Source: a virus
Lineage: Duplodnaviria > Caudoviricetes
Strand: one strand, 5' to 3'
Length of the DNA stretch: 43,510 nucleotides
IMG/VR virus record: IMGVR_UViG_3300044728_000232
Coordinates: 1-43,510 of that record
Part shown: positions 1-9,977 of the stretch, piece after piece
Layout: every line of letters begins with the position of its first letter
How positions within the stretch are numbered: position 1 is the stretch's first letter
Position numbers and translations under genes: made by a program
Notes under the pieces: generated by a model
The model's database searches: none
What the model was told of the DNA's origin: nothing
What the model saw: the letters and a program-made list of their open reading frames with translations, nothing else

Positions 1-127
1 AGTCGCCGTCGCAACCCCAGCCGATTCCTCGTCCTCAGACTGAATATTCCTGGCCGTCAGCGTAATCTTCACATAAACCGGCTTCCAGACCCCGGCGACG
101 TTCAGCCAAATCTTCTGGACAGGACGC
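1..127. repeat. 127-bp terminal direct repeat, copy 1 (circular assembly overlap)
   Basis: Identical to 43384-43510; falls inside a gene that reads through the junction. Confidence 0.95.
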
Positions 128-201
128 CACCCACCCCCGACCCGAACATTCGCCCCGATCATCGACCGGAACGAGCCAGCATGACGAATAAAACTAGACA
201 T
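1..201 (-). CDS. 5' part of junction-spanning tail-fibre-associated protein (~186 aa; continues at 43383-43024)
   Basis: ATG at 201 overlaps the tail fibre stop; reads MSSFIRHAGSFRSMIGANVRVGGGWRPVQKIWLNVAGVWKPVYVKITL, in frame with ORF 43024..43455. Confidence 0.8.
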   Translation of the reverse strand, partial: MSSFIRHAGSFRSMIGANVRVGGGWRPVQKIWLNVAGVWKPVYVKITLTARNIQSEDEESAGVATAT

Positions 202-1186
202 ACTGATAATGTATATCGCCGTCAGCCCCGCCGCTCGGCCCGCCGGTAGAAACGGTCCGCGTTCCATACCCGTTGGAATTCAGACCAGAAACCCAACTCG
301 CCGAAACTGCGGAGGCCGCTGCAACATTCGTCAGGCCCGCTCCGTTCCCGGAGAAAGAACCCCCGACAAACGTCGCCGCGGTAATCCCCCCGGTCAAGCC
401 AATCCCCCCGGCGTTGAGATTCCCGACCCCGGTAATGGCATTCCCGTTAAAATTCGTCGTGCCGTCGGCCTGGAGCCGGATTCTCCCAGCCCCGCCCGAG
501 ACAAGGAAAAGGTCATGGAACGTCGCCGTGCCGAGATGAAAGACTCCCGACGACCAACTAGCATAGGCCGCCCGCCCTGTGGCGTCATTGAGCGCCAGCA
601 GCGCGCCCCCGTCCTGGGCCGTTAGCCGCAGCGGAGCCGTCCCGTCCCCCGGAGCTTCAATCGCAAACTGCCCCGACGCGGCCAGCCTCGCACTCCACCC
701 CGCCCCGGAGTTTATCGAGAATAAGATCGACCTCCCGCCTGTCCTGATCGCCATATCCCCGGGGCCAGTGCCTTGAACAAGGTCATTCACCGCCCCAGCC
801 TGCCCGACAAATGCGGGATTTGCTGGGACCGCGTTAAGCATCATATAGGTCTGCGTTCCGGGAGCGGAATTCAGCGTTAGAAGGCCATTGATGTTCGTAT
901 TCCCAAACGTCGCCGCACCCCCATCGATTGTCCCGAAACTCACGTTCTGGCCGAGGGTGATATATTCCCCAGCCGCAGTCGCTGGCCCGGCGCCAACGTG
1001 CTTCCGCCCGCCCATCGGGAGATTCGCCGTTGGCACATTCTCCCCGTTTTTCGCGAGACAGGAGGAAATCCCCGCCGCGATATCCTGCGTGGCGCCGTTA
1101 TATCTCAAGGCGTCAATCAGCGTACCGTTCACTTCCGGCGTGTAAGCCGGGGGCAGGGAATAAACACCAGAACCAGACCATCCCAT
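194..1186 (-). CDS. Tail fibre protein
   Basis: Gly-rich beta-repeat sequence; C-terminal VSTGGPSGGADGDIHYQY typical of phage fibres; located at the end of the morphogenesis module. Confidence 0.7.
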   Translation of the reverse strand: MGWSGSGVYSLPPAYTPEVNGTLIDALRYNGATQDIAAGISSCLAKNGENVPTANLPMGGRKHVGAGPATAAGEYITLGQNVSFGTIDGGAATFGNTNINGLLTLNSAPGTQTYMMLNAVPANPAFVGQAGAVNDLVQGTGPGDMAIRTGGRSILFSINSGAGWSARLAASGQFAIEAPGDGTAPLRLTAQDGGALLALNDATGRAAYASWSSGVFHLGTATFHDLFLVSGGAGRIRLQADGTTNFNGNAITGVGNLNAGGIGLTGGITAATFVGGSFSGNGAGLTNVAAASAVSASWVSGLNSNGYGTRTVSTGGPSGGADGDIHYQYV

Positions 1187-1197
1187 TTTATCTACTC

Positions 1198-2976
1198 CTA
1201 ATCAGAAGTCAGCATCGGGGCTAGTCCGCCCATCATTGTCAATCCCTGCCGAATCGTCGGGTCGAACATCGCGATTTCTTTCAACGCCTTGACGTTGTTC
1301 GGGTCCTTCAAAATCTCGGCCATTTCCTCGTAATTCTTCTTCCGGGCGGCCTGATTGAACGCATTTTTAATCGACGCAAAAGGCTGCGCGACATAAGCCC
1401 CTACGGATTGAATCTGGTCATTCCCTCTAAACCCACCCCCAACCGGGGATTGGAGAAGGTCCGCCGCCCTAGCCGGGGCGAAAACCGCATTCGGCTGTTT
1501 CCCGGCGGAGGCTAGAACCTGCGCGAGTCTTTGCTGGTCGAGGGAGCCCTCTTGCCCGTAGAGCGTCTGAGAGGGATTCTGACTCCCCTTCGGCAGCTTC
1601 TGGCGAATAACAGCCGCCGCAACCTCATCCAGAGGCGCTCCTCCCGCCCCCAGCATCTGCATGGTTTTCGCAATCTCCTCGGGAGACTGGTCTTGGGTGA
1701 TTTTCGCCAACCGACTCCCCGGCGTGGGCATGTCAATCCGGGGATTCTTATCCCGAATCGCCCCAACCGCAGATTCCCGCATCGGCCCATATTGCGAGGC
1801 GGTATAGTCCTTATAAAAGCCCATCCCCTGTCTATAATGCGGGGAGACTTCCCCGAGCATCGTCGAAAGGTCGTCTAGGGGCTTCTGCATATCCGCCGAA
1901 GTCCATTTCTTCGCCGCGGACGCATCCGGCGTCGCCCCAACATCCCGCAGGCGTTTCATCTGCCCAGAGATATCCTGGACATTGGTAATAAACCTCTTAT
2001 CCGCCCCGATCAGGGTTTTCGCAATCTCCACATATGCCTCTCGCTCGGCGGGGACTTGCGTATTCTTCGCCCTTTCAAGAAGCTCCCGATACATCGCGGC
2101 AGTATCTTGATTCTTAATCTTCGCGCCTTCCATATGCGCCCCGGTGCCCTGGGACCGGAATTTGCGCATCCCCTCTTCAACCGCGTTCGCTGCATCCGCA
2201 GTTTTATTCGCTGTCGCCCCGACCGAAACCTCTGGCCCAGCCCTCCGAATAACGGCTTCGGTGAGGGCATTCAGGTCGTCTTTTCTCCCGGAGAGTTTCT
2301 GCGCGAGAGCCTCTCCGCCCTCGGCCCCGGCAACCTCGGCAGAAAGTGCCTTCAGGGGAACATCCCCGGGCAGCGTATCCGCCAGGCCCGCAGATTTCGC
2401 CCTCGTCTGTTGGAATAGCTGAGCATTCTTCCCCGCCTGATCGAAGGTCTGCTTCGTCGTCCCTTCCATCGCCTGCCGGATTTTCTCCTCAGCCAGCGTC
2501 AAGCCCTTCGGCCCGAACATCCAGGGGACAGCCATCCCCGTCCCGACCTCCGCCACCAGCCCGGGAATAGCCCCAAACTTCTCCTTAACATAATCTCCCG
2601 CAACCCGTCCCGCGCCGCCCGCAGCCATTCCCCAGGGGCCGAACATCGCTCCGCCCCCTGCACCCGCAGTAAAACTCTGCCCAGCCCCCGGCTTTAATCC
2701 CCGCTCTTCCCCAAACTTCTTCCAGAAGTCCATCCCCTCATCGAGCATATTCGGCTCGTGGAGCTTCTTCTCATTCTCGCTCTCCGGGGCTCCCGTCATC
2801 TTCGAAACTCCCCGCGCAATCTGGACTGGGAGATTCAAAAGACCCGTCGCCCCCTGGCCGAAGCCCGAAGCCGCCGTCCTTCCCACGCGCTCGAGAATCC
2901 CCGGGGTGTTGGGATCAACAGATTCCTTCAACTCCGCCAAACGACGGAGGGAATCCAGTCGTTCGTCATCTGTCAC
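1198..2976 (-). CDS. Putative internal virion / DNA ejection protein
   Basis: 592 aa, Ala/Gly-rich helical protein with hydrophobic Gly-rich segments; lies after the tail genes. Confidence 0.6.
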   Translation of the reverse strand: MTDDERLDSLRRLAELKESVDPNTPGILERVGRTAASGFGQGATGLLNLPVQIARGVSKMTGAPESENEKKLHEPNMLDEGMDFWKKFGEERGLKPGAGQSFTAGAGGGAMFGPWGMAAGGAGRVAGDYVKEKFGAIPGLVAEVGTGMAVPWMFGPKGLTLAEEKIRQAMEGTTKQTFDQAGKNAQLFQQTRAKSAGLADTLPGDVPLKALSAEVAGAEGGEALAQKLSGRKDDLNALTEAVIRRAGPEVSVGATANKTADAANAVEEGMRKFRSQGTGAHMEGAKIKNQDTAAMYRELLERAKNTQVPAEREAYVEIAKTLIGADKRFITNVQDISGQMKRLRDVGATPDASAAKKWTSADMQKPLDDLSTMLGEVSPHYRQGMGFYKDYTASQYGPMRESAVGAIRDKNPRIDMPTPGSRLAKITQDQSPEEIAKTMQMLGAGGAPLDEVAAAVIRQKLPKGSQNPSQTLYGQEGSLDQQRLAQVLASAGKQPNAVFAPARAADLLQSPVGGGFRGNDQIQSVGAYVAQPFASIKNAFNQAARKKNYEEMAEILKDPNNVKALKEIAMFDPTIRQGLTMMGGLAPMLTSD

Positions 2977-4289
2977 GGCTTCATCCCCCCAGACGTAAAG
3001 AGAAGCTCTTCCAGACGTTTAATCTCCGCGGCCTTCTCCTCTTTCGACATACTCCCGATCGGTTTCCCGGGCGCCGCAGGCTTCGTCGGCGCCACCGGCG
3101 GGACAAGAGCAGGTTGGGGAGTATTCGGCACCTGAACCGCGCCGAGGTTATATTTCGTCATGTCCTTAGTGGTCAGAGCTTCATGCAGGCTCTGCCTAGA
3201 GGATTCATATTCCGCCTGCCTCCGCCCAGCAACGCCCAGGAGAATCTTCGACAGCGTAGAACGGGCCTCGGGACTCTGTTGCAGGCTCGGGAGGGTTTGG
3301 GCAATCGCCGCCGCCTCTTCCTTCGTCACGCCCTTATTCCCGCCATACTGCCCGACAAGTTGCTGGACAGCTTCTTTCGCCAGGGAATCGAAGGCTTGAG
3401 AATTCGCCAGAGTCGCATTATCGATCTTCATCCCCGCCTGTTTTGCGAGGCCCTCAAGCCAAACCACCGGCGCCGCAGCCGGACCGGAGATAACCCCCGC
3501 CTCATCCAGCCCGCCGAGTTGTTTAAGCGTATGCGAAAGCTCTTGAGCCGACCTCGCAGATTTCCCCAGAGCCTGGTTATCCTCCACCGCCGCCTCTGCC
3601 CATTTATCAAACCCCTTATCCTGCCCGGGGAGAGTGGTTGTAATCTTTGTCTCTTTTGGGGCGAAGGTCAGATTCTGCGACCTATCCGCATCCTCGGTCA
3701 GAGCATACGCATTCCCAGACGCATCTTTTCCAAGCACCGGCGCAGCCCGTGGATCGAGAGTCAATCCACCCTGTTTCGGGAACTTGTTATTCGACAGCAT
3801 ATCAATAGCAGCCAGAGGATTTTTCGTTGTCTCCAGCGCTTTCGCTCCGGCGAGAATCCTCTTCTGCTGGGCGGCTGCCATAGCATTCGCCGCCGCCTGA
3901 ACCTGGGGATAGCGCGTCTGTCCCATACCATGAGAGGCCCGCTCATCCTCGGGCAGCGCATTCATGGCGTCCATCGCCCCCTGCTGCTCTTTCTGGTATC
4001 CAGTAAGAACCTCTTCCGCCTCCCGGCCAGCATTCTCCGATCCCCGCTGCCCGAGATAGCCCTGAAGCACATTCGCCACCATCGAAAAGGGGCTGGTTTT
4101 CGCCGCGATGCGGCCCTGAGACTGGGGCGGCCTGTTAATGTTCTGCATTGCCCCCGTCTGGAAACTCCTCGCCATCTGCTGCCGGGCGAGAATGTCTTGA
4201 ATCTGCTTCTGCACGTCGGACGGAAGCGCCTGGGGATTCTTCCCCCCTTGGTTCTTGAAAACCTCCATGAAATCTTCAAAGCCGTCCAT
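2973..4289 (-). CDS. Putative internal virion / DNA ejection protein
   Basis: 438 aa, Ala/Gln-rich; 4-bp overlap with the downstream gene. Confidence 0.6.
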   Translation of the reverse strand: MDGFEDFMEVFKNQGGKNPQALPSDVQKQIQDILARQQMARSFQTGAMQNINRPPQSQGRIAAKTSPFSMVANVLQGYLGQRGSENAGREAEEVLTGYQKEQQGAMDAMNALPEDERASHGMGQTRYPQVQAAANAMAAAQQKRILAGAKALETTKNPLAAIDMLSNNKFPKQGGLTLDPRAAPVLGKDASGNAYALTEDADRSQNLTFAPKETKITTTLPGQDKGFDKWAEAAVEDNQALGKSARSAQELSHTLKQLGGLDEAGVISGPAAAPVVWLEGLAKQAGMKIDNATLANSQAFDSLAKEAVQQLVGQYGGNKGVTKEEAAAIAQTLPSLQQSPEARSTLSKILLGVAGRRQAEYESSRQSLHEALTTKDMTKYNLGAVQVPNTPQPALVPPVAPTKPAAPGKPIGSMSKEEKAAEIKRLEELLFTSGGMKP

Positions 4290-4899
4290 TTTGCAACCTT
4301 TCGACTTCGAGCGCGATTAGGGGATAATGTTTCTTCAGAAAGGGCTGGCGCCAGGAATTCTCCTCCACCAACCCCGTGCATCTCATGCAATCCATCGACA
4401 TGCTCGCCTCAGAAACTTGGAGAAACTCGCTCCCCTTAATAAAGGTCGAGACTTCATCCTCCGTCCAGGATTGGAGGGGGAAAATGTAGGTTATCCCCTC
4501 AACCACCGCCCCAGACCGGATCGGAGATTTTATCCTATCAACGTCCTTCTGCCCCCGGATGATCTTCTCCGCCCCAATCTCCCGGCAGAAATCCCTCAGC
4601 GGCAGCATCTTCGAGAGGAAGCAGCAACTCGTCCAATGCTGTTCCCTCGGGGAGATGACGGAATCAACAGGAATCCCCTTCCTCCGGACCTCCCAAACTC
4701 GCCCCGGCACCGCGACGAAATGAGGGGCGATAGTCTTAACCCGCTCCATCTGCTCGTATGTTTCTGGGAACGAATCCCCCGCATCCAACCAGGCGACGGT
4801 GATTTCGTCGAGATAGTCCCGAAACATATGCAAACAAGCGACGGAATCCTTCCCCCCAGAGAACTGGAGAACAGTTTTCGGGAGGGAGGCAGAAACCAT
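4276..4899 (-). CDS. PAPS/APS reductase-family (PP-loop) protein
   Basis: QFSGGKDS PP-loop, DAGDSFPETY, CC..SK..PL, IRGQK, PLQSWT, CxxC; lacks the C-terminal ECGLH of CysH. Confidence 0.85.
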   Translation of the reverse strand: MVSASLPKTVLQFSGGKDSVACLHMFRDYLDEITVAWLDAGDSFPETYEQMERVKTIAPHFVAVPGRVWEVRRKGIPVDSVISPREQHWTSCCFLSKMLPLRDFCREIGAEKIIRGQKDVDRIKSPIRSGAVVEGITYIFPLQSWTEDEVSTFIKGSEFLQVSEASMSMDCMRCTGLVEENSWRQPFLKKHYPLIALEVERLQNGRL

Positions 4900-6101
4900 C
4901 AGAAAAACATCGCCGCAGCCAGCGCGAGAGAGGCCGCCGTCGATTTATTCGAGTTCGACGACGCAGTTTTCGCGTTGTAGATATCTGTCTCGCCTTGAAA
5001 CAGATCATTATACGCCTTTGAGATATCCGGCGCGTCAATGCCCGGAACACCCGCCTCCGGATTCCCGCCCGGCATCGTTACCTCCGTCCCGCCCCGGAGC
5101 GCCTTGAGAATATCCAGCGGAAGCGTTTTCTGCGTAACCGCGTTCTTCATCATCTGCTGGAGAGTATCGTTCCGGCTCTCCTGCCCTCTTAGGCGCTGGT
5201 CGAAATCCTGCTCATCCCCGGCCAGGAGATTCGAGATAACGTCGTTCAGGCTCTTGTTTTTATTCTGGAAGGCTTGATTCCCCGCGTTCGTCCCGGCGAC
5301 GATAGACCTATCCCGGAGGTCCCCATACGCCTTGGTTTTCGAATCCGAGATTCTCCGCATCTCCGCATTATAAGCGTCGGTCCCCGGCTGGAAACCTTGA
5401 TCTAGCAAATTCCCCCGGGCGATTCTATCCTCTTGCTCATACTCTGGCCGGAGGAATCTATCCCCCTGCGAGTACATCGCGTCGATCATTTTCTCGTTGA
5501 TCTGGTTCGGGTCGAGAGAATAAATCTCGTCGTTGTAGCCCTTAACAACCCCGCTCAAATCAGGAATACCCGAAATCCTCTCCGTGTCCAGATCGAACTG
5601 GGAGAAATCAATCGGGTTGTTGATCGTATCCGCGACATTCTTCGTCGCGCCTTCAAGGAGAGAGGATTGATCCACCGCGGATTTCGTGTTCGCGTTGAAT
5701 ATCGCCTGCATTTCGGGCGAAAGTTCTTTCGTGTTCGTCCACGTATCTCCGCGCTCGAAATCCTCCCGCTTCGGCGCGACCAGGGGATTCGCGCTGCCAT
5801 CGGACCAATGGCCCTCCCCGTACTGGGGGATATCCCCGTTATCCCCGCCATACCCTGTTACAGAGGGGGGAACCCAGGTCTGCGCCCCGCCACCAGCGGC
5901 AGCGTAATCCGCCATCGCCTTGTCAAATCCGGCTTGGTCAAAATTCGGGGTTCTAGACCAAGAATTCGTCCCGTAAGGATCGACCGAGTTCGTCCGGCTC
6001 CCCTGAAGGGAGTAGTCGAACATATCCTTGCTGGCCTTCGTCTGAAGGGGGATTATTTTCGCCGGGTCCGGTTGTTCCGGAGTGCTGCCGCCGCCGCCCA
6101 T
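4899..6101 (-). CDS. Putative pilot / DNA ejection protein
   Basis: GGAGG RBS; N-terminal MGGGGSTP; hydrophobic C-terminus; follows the GNAT gene as in podoviral ejection modules. Confidence 0.6.
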   Translation of the reverse strand: MGGGGSTPEQPDPAKIIPLQTKASKDMFDYSLQGSRTNSVDPYGTNSWSRTPNFDQAGFDKAMADYAAAGGGAQTWVPPSVTGYGGDNGDIPQYGEGHWSDGSANPLVAPKREDFERGDTWTNTKELSPEMQAIFNANTKSAVDQSSLLEGATKNVADTINNPIDFSQFDLDTERISGIPDLSGVVKGYNDEIYSLDPNQINEKMIDAMYSQGDRFLRPEYEQEDRIARGNLLDQGFQPGTDAYNAEMRRISDSKTKAYGDLRDRSIVAGTNAGNQAFQNKNKSLNDVISNLLAGDEQDFDQRLRGQESRNDTLQQMMKNAVTQKTLPLDILKALRGGTEVTMPGGNPEAGVPGIDAPDISKAYNDLFQGETDIYNAKTASSNSNKSTAASLALAAAMFF

Positions 6102-6507
6102 ATATCGACCTCCAAATGTGACAATCTTCGGGAAGAAGAGAATATATTAAAATATCCCCACCCGGTTCAGCATCGCGGAGTGTCGCTTCGCGTTTAGAAC
6201 CTAGGCGCGTGGCTAGATTCTGGGAACGAATGTTACGCGAGGATATTAGAAACGTCAGTCTCTTGAGGGCAAGTTGATGGAAAACGTACCATAAACCCGC
6301 CCGGAGAAGGCTTCTCGGAAATCTCCCATGGGGAAGCGCAACCGTGACCCACCCATTAACCTCATTCACATCATAACAGGTTGCGGCTGCCAGGATTTTC
6401 CCATCCTCGACATAGGCCATTGCGACCATTTTCCCCGGATGCCCATAACCCCCGCCGTGGGCGCCAACCCACTTGCTTATCTCTTCGGGGTTATCCCAGA
6501 TGAGCAT
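5953..6507 (-). CDS. GNAT-family acetyltransferase-like protein
   Basis: RimJ/L-like features (NIRSQNLATRLG, EATLR, DILIYSLL); usual position between tail tube and ejection genes; 149-nt overlap with the next gene. Confidence 0.7.
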   Translation of the reverse strand: MLIWDNPEEISKWVGAHGGGYGHPGKMVAMAYVEDGKILAAATCYDVNEVNGWVTVALPHGRFPRSLLRAGLWYVFHQLALKRLTFLISSRNIRSQNLATRLGSKREATLRDAEPGGDILIYSLLPEDCHIWRSIYGRRRQHSGTTGPGENNPPSDEGQQGYVRLLPSGEPDELGRSLRDEFLV

Positions 6508-6514
6508 TTTCGCC

Positions 6515-8062
6515 TCAGAACGAACCCCCGTCCGTCGCCAGGAAGTCCGCGCCCAGGTATTTCACCCTGGACTGGTTCGACGCAACTTGGAGGTAGAAGG
6601 CTTTCCACGTTGAATAATCATCGCTCACAGACCTCCACTCCCGGGTGATTTCATCCGCCCCTTGCCAGATGGAGGTTCCCCAAATCCCAGTCCCCCACAG
6701 GGCGGCATTTCCGCTGATTGAACCCGGAATCGTATTCGGGTCCCGGACCTCCCGGAAGTCCCGGGAAACCCCCATCGTATAAGAGAAAGTCCCATTCGCC
6801 TGGAACATCGGCCTGATTTCTTGGATCTTCTTCGCTCGAGAAAATCCCAGCTTCGAATACGCCTGGAGCATAGTCCCAACGATGTTCTTCGAGTCGTCGT
6901 TATTGCCAGTCACCTGGCAAACTCCAGTGTCGGTCCCGTAATAGATCAAGGCCCCTAGGCGGGCAAAGCAGCGGGCAGGCCACCCAGTATAGATACTCCA
7001 AGAACCTGTCTGCGCGTGCATGACATACTGATACCGGACCGGAGCCCCCGGGACATTAACCAGCACCAGAGGAATGTCGGGGAGAGAGGTAATCTCCCAG
7101 CCTTCATTCGTGAAATAGGCCAAACCAGCGGTAGCGAAGGTCTGGGCGATTTTCCTGGAAACGGATTGTGTCCGGTCGAGAGATGCAACCAGAAGCGCTT
7201 TCGACAGCGGGAATAGGCCGTTCTCCCCAAGATACAGAAGATCACCCCCGTACTTAAAGAGCGGCTTCGGACCCAGCGGGCGACCGATGTAGAAAACCCC
7301 CTTGAAGGCCCAGGTCGAGATATTCCCCGGGTCCGTCCCGGTAAAGACGGCGATTTCCCCCTGGCTGGTGACAGCGACGAGATGGTCGTCTGAGCCTGTC
7401 CCCCCGTCGATTGTCCAGGTCCCCAGCGCAACCAGATAACCCCCACGCCTAAACAACGAGCCGATATTCCACGGCTCGGTATTCAGCGGCGCTCCTTGAA
7501 TCTTGTTTGTATCCAGATAGTCAATAACCAGCGTGTTCTTCCGGATGAGGTAGTATTTCTGCCGGTAGGTTTCGATGTAGGAATACATCGACGTCGGGAT
7601 CGTGCCGAAGGTCGGAATCTGGCTCCAAGTCGCGCCGTTGTATTGGACAGCGGAGTCCACCCCATTAACCAGGGTCAAGAAGTTCGCTGCCCCCGTCGAG
7701 AGGATCGAGCCGATAGTTTTCCCGTCCGTCAGAGCAACCGCCGCCGCAGGCCACGCCCCCGGAGATGTGACGTCGAAAACTCCAGCGTCAGTCGTCGCCC
7801 AGAGAGTATCCACGCCCGAAAGAGAAGAGTAGACATGGAGCCTATCCACAGGCTGCGTGGAGCCGGTTTTATGCAGCGCATACCCCGGACGAAGCTCCAG
7901 CCTATCAGGATAGGGGACGAAATTCTCCAAAACCACCGCATCCGTCGGCGGCATCTCCATGACCGAAACCAGCGCGTTCAGGCCCCCAACCGGGGCGGGA
8001 AGCTGCTGGGACCGATTCCGGTGCGCCGAAGCCTGACTCGAAAGAGCGGGGTGGAGAAACAT
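6515..8062 (-). CDS. Tail hub / nozzle protein (P22 gp10 or T7 gp12-like)
   Basis: PAPVGGLN N-terminal motif, beta-propeller-like composition, position after the adaptor. Confidence 0.65.
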   Translation of the reverse strand: MFLHPALSSQASAHRNRSQQLPAPVGGLNALVSVMEMPPTDAVVLENFVPYPDRLELRPGYALHKTGSTQPVDRLHVYSSLSGVDTLWATTDAGVFDVTSPGAWPAAAVALTDGKTIGSILSTGAANFLTLVNGVDSAVQYNGATWSQIPTFGTIPTSMYSYIETYRQKYYLIRKNTLVIDYLDTNKIQGAPLNTEPWNIGSLFRRGGYLVALGTWTIDGGTGSDDHLVAVTSQGEIAVFTGTDPGNISTWAFKGVFYIGRPLGPKPLFKYGGDLLYLGENGLFPLSKALLVASLDRTQSVSRKIAQTFATAGLAYFTNEGWEITSLPDIPLVLVNVPGAPVRYQYVMHAQTGSWSIYTGWPARCFARLGALIYYGTDTGVCQVTGNNDDSKNIVGTMLQAYSKLGFSRAKKIQEIRPMFQANGTFSYTMGVSRDFREVRDPNTIPGSISGNAALWGTGIWGTSIWQGADEITREWRSVSDDYSTWKAFYLQVASNQSRVKYLGADFLATDGGSF

Positions 8063-8063
8063 C

Positions 8064-8771
8064 TCAGACCATCCAAGAGCCAGAGGGGACGATAATCCCG
8101 GGCTTAGCCGACGGCTGGCAGTGGTCGAGGGCCAGAACCGGGAGAGAGCCGTTATTCAACTCCTTCGCCAGAAGGTCCCGATATTCGTTGAAGTCAGACT
8201 CCCAGGGTTCTCCTTTTGCGCGCTTCCAACGATAATCCAGGCTCCTATGCACCAGGATATCGGGCAGAAGGAAGATATCCGAATCGGCGGAAATGACCTC
8301 TTTCGGGACTTTCGTCGTCCCGTCCATCACGCCCCAGGCGGATTGGTAGATGACATACATCGCCTCGGATTGAACCGGGACGGGAAGCAACCTCAGATGA
8401 TTCCCCGTAATCTTGAAAAACTGCTCGGGGCCGGTCATGTCGATGGCCTTTACCGCCGCCCACTGAACGTCAGTGAGGGGACCCTCGACCGGCTCGTCCA
8501 AGGTCAGATTCCACATCGTCCCCGGGGAGAGTTCCTGATAATCCGGCCCGAAGATGGTCGTCAACAGCCCCTGATCCTCCGCGAGAACCGTATTCCAGTT
8601 CTTCTGCACCTTCTGTTGCTGCCAGGAGTATTTCGACAGCTCCCTCACAACCTCGGTGAGAAGGTAGCGAATCTGAATAATCCCCGTATCGGTTGACCCA
8701 ACAACTGCGGTTGGGACCGGAAGGGTCTTTTTCCCGCAGAATTCTTGAACCAACGCGATAACGGAGGTCAT
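8064..8771 (-). CDS. Head-tail adaptor / tail tubular protein A-like
   Basis: Synteny; motifs LLPVP and YRWKRAKG. Confidence 0.6.
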   Translation of the reverse strand: MTSVIALVQEFCGKKTLPVPTAVVGSTDTGIIQIRYLLTEVVRELSKYSWQQQKVQKNWNTVLAEDQGLLTTIFGPDYQELSPGTMWNLTLDEPVEGPLTDVQWAAVKAIDMTGPEQFFKITGNHLRLLPVPVQSEAMYVIYQSAWGVMDGTTKVPKEVISADSDIFLLPDILVHRSLDYRWKRAKGEPWESDFNEYRDLLAKELNNGSLPVLALDHCQPSAKPGIIVPSGSWMV

Positions 8772-8780
8772 TTTTTCCCC

Positions 8781-9359
8781 TTATTTCAGAACCGCGGCGA
8801 TTTTCTGGGCTTGTTGGGCGGCTTCGAGGTCCTGATTCCGAGCTTTCAGCGCGGCCATCTCGACCTCCATCGCGTTCATTCTCTCGATGATTTTCCCCGG
8901 CCCAGCGGCCTGCTCTAGCCAGGTTTTGGCCTTCTGCTTATACATCATCGCGCCGGTTCCGATGGTGTTTATCTGGTTATCGGGGGCGTTCGCAAGGTCC
9001 TCAACGGTCAGGAAGCCCGCAGCGATAATATCCTTCGCCGCCTGGGGACTGAGGACGGGCCAAGTCTTGATCGCCGTCCCTTCCGGGGGAATCTCCTCCC
9101 CAGCCTTCCACGCGAGATAGGCCGCCTCATAAGCCTCATACCATCTTTGGGGAAGCCGCCCCTTTCGGACGTATTCCTTTTGTTCCCGCAGCCAAACTTC
9201 GGCCTCTTTCACGACATTATCCCGCGTCCCGGGCTGGTTAACAGTGACGAAGGCCAAATCCTTCGTGCAATAATGCCCCTTCGCAATTGTCTCGTTTCGG
9301 TCCTCGACCGGCTGATACGAGAATTGGAGGTAAGGGGGCCTATCTTCGGCTGCAATCAT
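8781..9359 (-). CDS. Hypothetical morphogenesis-module protein
   Basis: 192-aa ORF with GGAGA RBS; HhH-like GFLTVEDLA..IGTG segment; C-terminal coiled coil. Confidence 0.65.
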   Translation of the reverse strand: MIAAEDRPPYLQFSYQPVEDRNETIAKGHYCTKDLAFVTVNQPGTRDNVVKEAEVWLREQKEYVRKGRLPQRWYEAYEAAYLAWKAGEEIPPEGTAIKTWPVLSPQAAKDIIAAGFLTVEDLANAPDNQINTIGTGAMMYKQKAKTWLEQAAGPGKIIERMNAMEVEMAALKARNQDLEAAQQAQKIAAVLK

Positions 9360-9476
9360 TTCGTTTCTCCTGGAAAACCAAAAAGGGCGGGAAGGTGGAC
9401 CTTCTTCTGCCCGGGATTGGGGAAGGGAGAACGGTCTCCCCCTCTCCCCTCCCCGCCAAAACCCCGAATCAGGGGT

Positions 9477-9977
9477 TTAAAGGGTGCGGCCAATCGTCGG
9501 CCAGGTAATTGTGGCGTTCGCCACCCCTGCCGTGCCGCCCCGGGTCGCATCGAGCGTGATGCCGTTGATGACTTCCGACGAAGCCGTCGCATCATCATCC
9601 AGCGCGCCTGCGGTTCCCGTCGAGTTCAAAAGCGTCCCCTTAACCGCAGACGCCAGAACCCAGACCGGGACTCCCGAGCCGAAGATGCAAACCCAGCCGA
9701 CGCCAAGCGCGGGAATCGCGGCCATTGCCACGCCAACCCGTGCCCCCGCGCTCGCACCCGGCGCGGAATTGGTCGTATCGAGCATATCCCCGACGGCGGA
9801 AGTCGGAATGGCGACGGCATACCCTGCGGCAGTCGCACCCCCCGCATCCATCCGAACGAGTTGATATGCCCGGCCCAGATGATCCATTCCAACGGCGCCC
9901 AGCGGGAACCCGACCATGCCGTCGAGAAATTCCTGCGAGGTCCAGACCTTGGAAGGATTGATACCAGCGATGAACAT
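9477..9977 (-). CDS. Capsid decoration / cement protein
   Basis: Small Gly/Ala/Thr-rich protein directly downstream of the MCP; AAGGA RBS. Confidence 0.6.
   Translation of the reverse strand: MFIAGINPSKVWTSQEFLDGMVGFPLGAVGMDHLGRAYQLVRMDAGGATAAGYAVAIPTSAVGDMLDTTNSAPGASAGARVGVAMAAIPALGVGWVCIFGSGVPVWVLASAVKGTLLNSTGTAGALDDDATASSEVINGITLDATRGGTAGVANATITWPTIGRTL

Noticed and set aside
3114-4439. 441-aa plus-strand ORF
   Set aside because: Antisense shadow of the ejection gene; Arg/Leu-rich, no motifs
4276-4899. Calling the gene cysH or part of a Dnd phosphorothioation system
   Set aside because: No ECGLH motif and no other cys or dnd genes
5953-6101. Programmed frameshift or fusion between GNAT and pilot gene
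   Set aside because: No slippery site seen; the pilot gene has its own GGAGG RBS; the overlap is more simply a C-terminal extension
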